Shown in pieces: positions 57,801-64,000 of a stretch of 64,000 bases of DNA (the stretch's first letter is position 1; every line of letters begins with the position of its first letter). The notes under the pieces are model-generated. The model did no database searches. It saw only the letters and a program-made list of their open reading frames with translations, and was not told the origin of the DNA. The translations under genes and the position numbers were made by a program. The stretch comes from a bacterium HR35 (lineage in GTDB: Bacteria; Patescibacteriota; Minisyncoccia; UBA6257; HR35): contig BEIL01000003.1 in assembly GCA_002898235.1 (NCBI GenBank), positions 2,264-66,263 on the forward strand, read 5' to 3'.

Positions 57801-59303
57801 TTAATCTTCTCTTACGCGGTATTGGACTGCTTCAGAAATTGATTCTAAATCTACATTTTCTTTTTCTTCAAAATCAGCAATTGTTCTAGCTAATTTCAAA
57901 ATTTTGTGAACAGCTCTTAAGGAAAGATGATATCTGTCTATTATTGTTCTTAAAAAGTTTTCTTCTTTAGCTGATAGTTTAATATAATCATTAAGCTTAT
58001 AATAAGGAATTTCGCTATTATATCTAAAATTTTCGTTTTGGTATCTTTTTTCAATTTTTTCTTTTATTTCCAAAATTTTCTCTTTAATTTTTTTAAGTTC
58101 AATTTTTCTTTCTTTAAAAACTTCTTCGCTTTCTAATCGAGGAACATTTAAATGAATATCTATTCTATCTAAAAGTGGTCCGGAAATTTTTTTTTGGTAT
58201 CTTTTGATTTCAGCTAAAGAACATTTACACTCAATCTTTTCATCACCATAAAAACCACAAGGGCAAGGATTGTAAGCACCAACAAAAAGAAATTTAGCTG
58301 GATATTTGACTGTTTTTCTTGAACGAGCAACAATAATTTCTCCATTTTCCAATGGTTCTCTTATTCCTTCTAAAACATCTCTTCTAAACTCTGGCAGTTC
58401 ATCAAAAAATAAAACACCTCGATGAGCTAAAGTAACTTCTCCTGGTTTAGCTTCTTTGCCGCCACCTAAAACTGAAATAGCTGAACTAGTATGATGAGGT
58501 GCTCTAAAAGGAGGATAAATAATTAAAGAATCGGTTAAAAGCCCTAAAGAACTATAGATACTTGAGATTTCTAAACTTTCTTCATAAGTTAATCTTGGCA
58601 GAAAATAAACCAAAGATTTAGCAATTAAGGTCTTTCCTGTACCTGGCGGTCCATAAAGCAAAAGATTGTGTCTACCTAAAGCAGCTAAAATCATTCCTCT
58701 TAAAAGATAGTCGCTTAAAATTGGTAAATTAATTTCTTCGGGTTCGGAAAAAGTAAATTCTTCTGGAGTCAAAGGAAGGTATTTTTCTTTGTTTTCAATA
58801 AAATCAATTACTTCTTGAAGGTCTTTTAATGGATAAACTTCAATTCCCTTAATAAAACCAACTTCATTTTGATTTTCATAAGGCAGAACAATTTTTTTAA
58901 ACCCTCTTTTTAAACTTTCTAAAACAATTGGTAAAGCACCTTTTATTTTTCTTAAACTACCATCAAGCGCTAATTCGCCAACAAAAACAGTATCTAATGG
59001 AATCGCTTTTAATTGCTGAGTAATATAAAGAAAAACTAAAGCAATGGGTAAATCAAGGTGGGTGCCTTCTTTTTTAATATCAGCCGGAGCTAGATTAACT
59101 ACTATTCTTTTTAAAATTTTATTAGGAGGTTTTGCTCCAATTCTTTTAAGAGCGATTGTTATTCTTTCTTTTGATTCATTTATAGCCTCATCAGGTAAAC
59201 CAACTATTTGAAAACTTGAAAGTCCGCTCGATAAACCAATTTCAATATCAATTATTTCAGGAAAAATTCCTGAAAGGGTTGCTCCCTTTATTTTTCCTAT
59301 CAT
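57801..59303 (-). CDS. comM: YifB/ComM Mg-chelatase-like AAA+ ATPase
   Basis: IVGLPD, NLAPADIKKEG, GPPGTGKT, PFRAPHH, LAHRGVLFFDE, NPCPCG, SGPLLDRID. Confidence 0.93.
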   Translation of the reverse strand: MIGKIKGATLSGIFPEIIDIEIGLSSGLSSFQIVGLPDEAINESKERITIALKRIGAKPPNKILKRIVVNLAPADIKKEGTHLDLPIALVFLYITQQLKAIPLDTVFVGELALDGSLRKIKGALPIVLESLKRGFKKIVLPYENQNEVGFIKGIEVYPLKDLQEVIDFIENKEKYLPLTPEEFTFSEPEEINLPILSDYLLRGMILAALGRHNLLLYGPPGTGKTLIAKSLVYFLPRLTYEESLEISSIYSSLGLLTDSLIIYPPFRAPHHTSSAISVLGGGKEAKPGEVTLAHRGVLFFDELPEFRRDVLEGIREPLENGEIIVARSRKTVKYPAKFLFVGAYNPCPCGFYGDEKIECKCSLAEIKRYQKKISGPLLDRIDIHLNVPRLESEEVFKERKIELKKIKEKILEIKEKIEKRYQNENFRYNSEIPYYKLNDYIKLSAKEENFLRTIIDRYHLSLRAVHKILKLARTIADFEEKENVDLESISEAVQYRVRED

Positions 59304-60299
59304 TTAAGTCTCTTTTACTTTTTCTAAAATTTGTTTAAATATCCTTTGTTTTAATTCTTTATTTTCTTTTAGATTTTCTCTGGCTGCTTGGTAACTTGAA
59401 CCTAACTTTGTTTCCTCAAAATAAAAAGAATTGCCTTCTTTTTTAATTACACCGTATTTTAAACCTAAATTAAGAAGATCAGCTTCATAAGAAATTCCTT
59501 CATTATAGTAAATTTCAATTTCAGCAGTCTTAAAAGGTGGAGCAACCTTATTTTTAACAATTCGAGCTTTAACTTTTACTCCGATTACTTCATCACCTCT
59601 TTCAATTTGACCAACTTTTTTAAGCTCAATTCTTACTGAGGCATAAAATTTTAAAGCTTTACCACCAGTTGTTGTTTCTTGACCAGGAACTAAACCGCCT
59701 ATCATTGCTCTTGTTTGATTAATAAAAATCAAAACTGTTCTCGTTTTCGAAATAAGACCTGTCAGTTTTCTTAAAGCTTGAGACATAAGTCTTGCTTGAA
59801 GACCAATATATTGATCACCAATTTCTCCTTCAAGTTCAGCTCGGGGAACTAAAGCAGCAACCGAATCAACGATAATCACATCAAAAATTCCAGCTTTAGT
59901 TAATTTTTCAACAATATTTAAAGCATCTTCGCCGCTATCTGGCTGAGATAAAACTAATTTATCGACATTAACTCCCAATCTCTTAGCGTAATCAGGGTCT
60001 AAAGCATGTTCAGTATCGATAAAAGCAACATTGCCGCCTTCTTTTTGAGCTTGAGCAGCTACTGAAAGGGCAATAGTTGTTTTACCTGAAGATTCTGGAC
60101 CATAAATTTCAATTATTCTACCTCTAGGTAATCCGCCTATTCCTAAAGCTAAATCAAGTGAAGGAGAACCAGTAGAAATAACTTCAACATCTACTTTAGG
60201 TGCCTCTTCTAAGGTCATAATACTCCCTTCACCAAATTCTTTTTTTATTTCTTCCAATAATTTTTTAATTTCACTTTTTTCTTCTTTTTGTTTTTTCAT
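59304..60299 (-). CDS. recA: Recombinase RecA
   Basis: GPESSGKTT, DSVAALVPRAE, QARLMSQALRKL, GGKALKFYASVR. Confidence 0.99.
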   Translation of the reverse strand: MKKQKEEKSEIKKLLEEIKKEFGEGSIMTLEEAPKVDVEVISTGSPSLDLALGIGGLPRGRIIEIYGPESSGKTTIALSVAAQAQKEGGNVAFIDTEHALDPDYAKRLGVNVDKLVLSQPDSGEDALNIVEKLTKAGIFDVIIVDSVAALVPRAELEGEIGDQYIGLQARLMSQALRKLTGLISKTRTVLIFINQTRAMIGGLVPGQETTTGGKALKFYASVRIELKKVGQIERGDEVIGVKVKARIVKNKVAPPFKTAEIEIYYNEGISYEADLLNLGLKYGVIKKEGNSFYFEETKLGSSYQAARENLKENKELKQRIFKQILEKVKET

Positions 60300-60622
60300 T
60301 TTTCTTTGCTTCTTAACAATATTACTTTAATTTCCTTTTTGTTTTCCTGACCCCAAAATTTTACTCCTCTAATTATAAATCTATTAATTCCTTCTTTCAA
60401 ATATAATTCTTTTTCAAAATAACCTTTTTCTTTTTGAGGAATTAAAATATCATTAATATAAATATCAGCTCTTTTATCAATTTTTCCTTTGAGTTTAATT
60501 ACTTCCGAAGAGGTTGCGTAATTCTCTGGCGGAAAAATTATTTCAATTTTAGGTGGTAAAAGAAGGTCTAAATAAAGATAAGCATTATAGATTAAAAGCA
60601 AAATAAGAAGCAGATTTTTCAT
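60296..60622 (-). CDS. Small membrane-anchored Ig-like domain protein
   Basis: TM, PPKIEIIFP, LKGK..IYIND, LKEGINRF. Confidence 0.6.
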   Translation of the reverse strand: MKNLLLILLLIYNAYLYLDLLLPPKIEIIFPPENYATSSEVIKLKGKIDKRADIYINDILIPQKEKGYFEKELYLKEGINRFIIRGVKFWGQENKKEIKVILLRSKEK

Positions 60623-60659
60623 TTATCTAATTTTATTGTAAAATTTTAATAAGTTTAAG

Positions 60660-60731
60660 GCGGCGGTAGTTCAGCGGCAGAACGCCGGCTTGCCATGCCG
60701 GAGGTCGCGGGTTCAAATCCCGTCCGCCGCT
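60660..60731 (+). tRNA. tRNA-Gly(GCC)
   Basis: GCGGCGG/CCGCCGC acceptor, CCGGC-TT-GCC-AT-GCCGG. Confidence 0.95.
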
Positions 60732-60747
60732 CAAACTTTTAAATAAA

Positions 60748-60819
60748 GGGCGGGTAGCTCAGTGGTAGAGCGTCTCGCTTACAACGAGAAGGTCAGAGGT
60801 TCGATTCCTCTCCCGCCCA
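60748..60819 (+). tRNA. tRNA-Val(TAC)
   Basis: GGGCGGG/CCCGCCC acceptor, TCTCG-CT-TAC-AA-CGAGA. Confidence 0.95.
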
Positions 60820-60825
60820 ATTTTC

Positions 60826-60898
60826 CGGGGTGTGGCGCAATGGCTAGCGCGCTGGCATGGGGTGCCAGAGGTTGCGGGTTCGAGTCCCGCCACCCCGA
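60826..60898 (+). tRNA. tRNA-Pro(GGG)
   Basis: CGGGGTG/CACCCCG acceptor, CTGGC-AT-GGG-GT-GCCAG. Confidence 0.95.
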
Positions 60899-60906
60899 AA
60901 AAAATA

Positions 60907-62700
60907 ATGGAAAAGTTTAAGCTTGAAGGAGAAAGAAGAGAAGGAGGGTGGACTAGAAGAAAATTTTTGGCTGCTATGGGTGCTTTCTTAGCGGCTTGCA
61001 GTTTAAAGCTAACCGAGGAATCCCCAATGCCTGAACCGCAATCTGGTATCGAAGAACCAAGGATAAATATGGGTAATCCTGAACTGCCATCTAGCATTGA
61101 GAAACCAAGGATAAATATAGATGATTTAATAAATAGTGGACTATTGAGAAGTGAGGAGAAAAGATTTTTTTCTAATCCTTTTGTTATGGAAGAAAAGTCG
61201 GGGCGGGTAATATGGACTGGAATGCAGCAAACTTTATTAACTATATACGACATTCAGAGATTGGAAACTGAAATTCAGCAAGGAAATTTAGTTTTAGTAG
61301 AATTCACTGAAACAACAGCTGCTCTTTTTAATTTTCCTCCAGCTCAAAGAAGAATTTTAGCTATTAGAACACCATCGGGAAATATTATTCCCGCATACTG
61401 GCTTAATCCCCAAAAATTAGCCCCTAAATTTGAAGAATTATCAAACCTCAAAGTTGTCCAGATAGATGAAGAAACAGTTTTAAAAAATGTTGCTCAAATA
61501 GTTAAAGAGAAAAAATTAGGAGTTGAAATCAAACCGGGAGATCTTATTAGAATTGGTAAAGAGATTAGGCTTCCTAAAAATTGGGCCAATGGGCGGGTTC
61601 TTGGTTTAAGATATGGTGTTGGGGGAAATAATAGAGAATGGATTATTTTTCTATACACGCAAAATGGAGAATATTCGGGCTTTATTACAGTACCACCCAA
61701 CGTTTTTGTAGAAGAAATCTCTAATAAATTGAAAGATTCTTCGTCTCATTATAATCTTAGACACAGTCTGGATGATGTAATTCTTGGAGAATCTTTCTCT
61801 AACAGGCAAATTTCTGGAATAGTTTTTAATAACATACAAAACATATTTAAAAATCTTTCAAACCCAAATCTCCAAGAATTCGAAATAGAAAGATTTCAGT
61901 TTAGAGTGTTAAATAGAATAACCTTAGGAAACTCTAGGACAATGTATGTAGTAGAGATAAGCGAAGAAGGAAGGAGCATTATCGCTACTTTTCATCAAGC
62001 TGGCAATTTTTATCATTTTTACTTGAATAATGCTATATCAAGTAGATTTAGTGGAACCAGAGCTTTATTGAGTGCTCAAGAATATCTATCACAACCATAC
62101 TTTGTTCCTTCAATTTTGGGAATAATTAGAAACCTAACGGCTAAATATAGCAAAATATTAACTGGCCTAACTTTAATTCCTTCTATTTTTTTTGAATTTC
62201 AACATTATTCTGAAATAATGAAAAAGGAAGTAGATTTTTGGGCAAATTTAGACAAAGAAGAAAGAGAAAAATTGTTAGCCTTAGGTACAAAAATTACTAG
62301 CAAAGATGAATCACTTAAGTTTAATTATACTCTTCCAATAACTGGTTTAATACTTATAGATGAAGCAGAATTAGCAAATGCGAAAAATAATACTCGTTTT
62401 GAGTTCCCTGTTTATTTGGTTGAAGGTTTTTTTCCCGATAGAAATCAATTAAAAATCTTTGAACCAGAATCTGAAAGTTTTAACAGCTCTTATTACGGTG
62501 TTGTTGTTTTAAAAGTAGATGAAAAATATTACCTTATAGTTGAAAACGAGAGAGGTTGTTTTTCAATCGATTTGTCTAAAAAAGAGCAAATTTCTGAAGA
62601 GGAATATAAAACTTATCAAAAAGCTGGAATAGAAATCATACATTTAAAAAACGGCAAAATTTTAGTTGTTTTCAACTTAAAACCGGAAGAAAAAAAATAA
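60907..62700 (+). CDS. Hypothetical protein with twin-arginine/lipoprotein-like signal
   Basis: First ATG after tRNA-Pro; TRRKFLAAMGAFLAAC. No family recognised. Confidence 0.65.
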   Translation: MEKFKLEGERREGGWTRRKFLAAMGAFLAACSLKLTEESPMPEPQSGIEEPRINMGNPELPSSIEKPRINIDDLINSGLLRSEEKRFFSNPFVMEEKSGRVIWTGMQQTLLTIYDIQRLETEIQQGNLVLVEFTETTAALFNFPPAQRRILAIRTPSGNIIPAYWLNPQKLAPKFEELSNLKVVQIDEETVLKNVAQIVKEKKLGVEIKPGDLIRIGKEIRLPKNWANGRVLGLRYGVGGNNREWIIFLYTQNGEYSGFITVPPNVFVEEISNKLKDSSSHYNLRHSLDDVILGESFSNRQISGIVFNNIQNIFKNLSNPNLQEFEIERFQFRVLNRITLGNSRTMYVVEISEEGRSIIATFHQAGNFYHFYLNNAISSRFSGTRALLSAQEYLSQPYFVPSILGIIRNLTAKYSKILTGLTLIPSIFFEFQHYSEIMKKEVDFWANLDKEEREKLLALGTKITSKDESLKFNYTLPITGLILIDEAELANAKNNTRFEFPVYLVEGFFPDRNQLKIFEPESESFNSSYYGVVVLKVDEKYYLIVENERGCFSIDLSKKEQISEEEYKTYQKAGIEIIHLKNGKILVVFNLKPEEKK

Positions 62701-62723
62701 TTTTATTGTTAAAATTTTATAAA

Positions 62724-63206
62724 ATGATTGAATTCGGTTTTTCATTCGAGGGTGGTCATAATGTTGAAAATCTACAAACATTAATACGATTATATCGAAG
62801 ACATTTAAATATTTTAGATTTGTTAATCAGGCAGAATTCTTTTAAAAATATGATTATTGAATATCTTTCGCAAATTAAATCGGATTTAAACGGGGCAAAC
62901 TGGGCAATATTTTTCAATTTAGCTAGCTGGGTGATTTTTATTTTAAATAAACTCCCAGAAAATTCAACCGAAGAAAAAATTAATGAAGTAATTAATAGAG
63001 CAATTGATCCAGAAAAATATTCAAATGAGGAGTTTGAAAAAGAAATTAATAATAACATTGAAAAAATAGATGATTTTTGTTTATTTCTGTCAAAGATTGT
63101 TTCTGCAGAATCGATGGATACTTCTACTGACAATGAATTGAGATCCTTTATAGAAAGAATAAAAAAATTTATAAACGACATACAACAACATCAACAATCT
63201 CGATGA
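62724..63206 (+). CDS. Hypothetical helical protein
   Basis: 160-aa ORF whose stop overlaps the next start (ATGA). Confidence 0.55.
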   Translation: MIEFGFSFEGGHNVENLQTLIRLYRRHLNILDLLIRQNSFKNMIIEYLSQIKSDLNGANWAIFFNLASWVIFILNKLPENSTEEKINEVINRAIDPEKYSNEEFEKEINNNIEKIDDFCLFLSKIVSAESMDTSTDNELRSFIERIKKFINDIQQHQQSR

Positions 63207-64000
63207 AAGTTTTTGCTGATTTACATTTACATTCAAAATACTCTCGGGGTTGTTCGAAAAATTTGGATTTAGAAAATTTAGTAAAATTTGCCAAATTAAA
63301 GGGATTAAAACTTTTAATTACTGGGGATTTTACTCATCCTTCTTGGTTTAAAGAAATAAGAGAAAAATTAGAGGAAAGAGATGGGATTTATAAGTTAAAA
63401 AACTCAACTGAAGATATTTATTTTTTGATTGGTGGCGAACTTAGTTCAATTTTTTCTAGGAAAAACAAAGTTTATCGGATTCACTATCTTCTTATATTTC
63501 CTAATTTTTCAACAGCAGAAAGATTTAATAAAAAATTAGCTCTTTATTCTAATTTAGCTAGTGATGGCAGACCTACTTTAGGCCTTGATGTAATTGAAGT
63601 TTTAAAAATAGCTCTTGATATCTATGATAAAACAATTTTTATTCCTGCTCATATCTGGACTCCTTGGTATTCTTTATATGGTTCTAATTCCGGTTTTGAT
63701 TCAATTTATGAAGCCTTTAATGATTTTGTTAATTATGTTTCAGCTATTGAAACTGGACTTTCAAGTGATCCCAATCTTAACTGGCGATTACCTGAGCTTG
63801 ATAATATTTCGATTGTTTCTTTTTCTGACGCTCATTCTCCTTATACTTATCGCATTGGCCGAGAGGCAACCTTATTTGAGCTTGAAAAAATTTCTTTTAA
63901 AAACATTTATCAAGCTTTAAAAAATCCTGATGAAAAAAATAAAATCTTAATGACTATAGAATTTTTTCCCGAAGAAGGAAAATATCATTATGATGGTCAC
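63203..64000 (+). CDS. PHP-domain endonuclease Q / TIGR00375-like protein (3' truncated by window edge)
   Basis: Read by hand (absent from the ORF track): MKVFADLHLHSKYSRGCSK..GDFTHP..SDGRP..PAHIWTPWYS..ETGLSSDP..FSDAHS..IGREA..PEEGKYHYDGH. Confidence 0.9.
   Translation, partial: MKVFADLHLHSKYSRGCSKNLDLENLVKFAKLKGLKLLITGDFTHPSWFKEIREKLEERDGIYKLKNSTEDIYFLIGGELSSIFSRKNKVYRIHYLLIFPNFSTAERFNKKLALYSNLASDGRPTLGLDVIEVLKIALDIYDKTIFIPAHIWTPWYSLYGSNSGFDSIYEAFNDFVNYVSAIETGLSSDPNLNWRLPELDNISIVSFSDAHSPYTYRIGREATLFELEKISFKNIYQALKNPDEKNKILMTIEFFPEEGKYHYDGH

Noticed and set aside
60832-60906. N-terminal extension of the 622-aa ORF, and antisense ORF 60759-61253
   Set aside because: Both run through tRNA-Val/Pro sequence; the true start is more plausibly the ATG at 60907.
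60880-63210. attL/attR duplication of the tRNA-Pro 3' end marking an integrated element
   Set aside because: No second copy of the tRNA 3' end and no integrase seen downstream within the window.
63615-63920. 101-aa hydrophobic ORF
   Set aside because: Alternate frame inside the endonuclease Q-like gene that begins at 63203.
1-64000. CRISPR array, integrase/transposase, DGR reverse transcriptase or template/variable repeat pair, rRNA
   Set aside because: No regularly spaced repeats, recombinase/RT motifs or adenine-specific mismatched repeats were seen by eye; a self-alignment would be needed to exclude weak ones.

Overview
AT-rich chromosomal segment from a Candidate Phyla Radiation (Patescibacteria, Parcubacteria-like) bacterium. 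This assignment is an inference from gene content and order: a TrbC/VirB2-like pilin array, a VirD4-like ATPase, a sigma70-r4/HARE-HTH protein, a short uvrC, and rpsA-ftsH. It uses the standard genetic code, since TGA ends rtcB and others. Most of the window is housekeeping: rtcB, glyA, rpoB/C, gyrA, rpsA, ftsH, uvrC, rny, hup, the dnaK operon, efp-dnaG-rpoD-dnaX, pgk, comM, recA and 7 tRNAs. The items that stand out are: (1) a 6.3-kb foreign-looking cluster at the left end (TrpRS C-terminus, HIGH-less TrpRS paralog, HprK-like kinase, nucleotidyltransferase, aldo/keto reductase, altered TrpD-like PRTase) that reads like an undescribed small-molecule or modification pathway; (2) FtsH interrupted by two LAGLIDADG inteins only 15 residues apart; (3) an identical 22-bp GC-rich repeat coding GIGTTTP that brackets an in-frame module in an adhesin-like gene, suggesting DNA-level module shuffling; (4) a recurrent AGGTCG motif 20-25 nt upstream of leadered genes; (5) a variant CIRCE operator paired with an HrcA whose recognition helix is rewritten; (6) a possible pilin polyprotein; (7) unusual substitutions in normally invariant RNAP, GyrA and GpmI motifs. 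All family calls come from motif recognition by eye; no searches were run.
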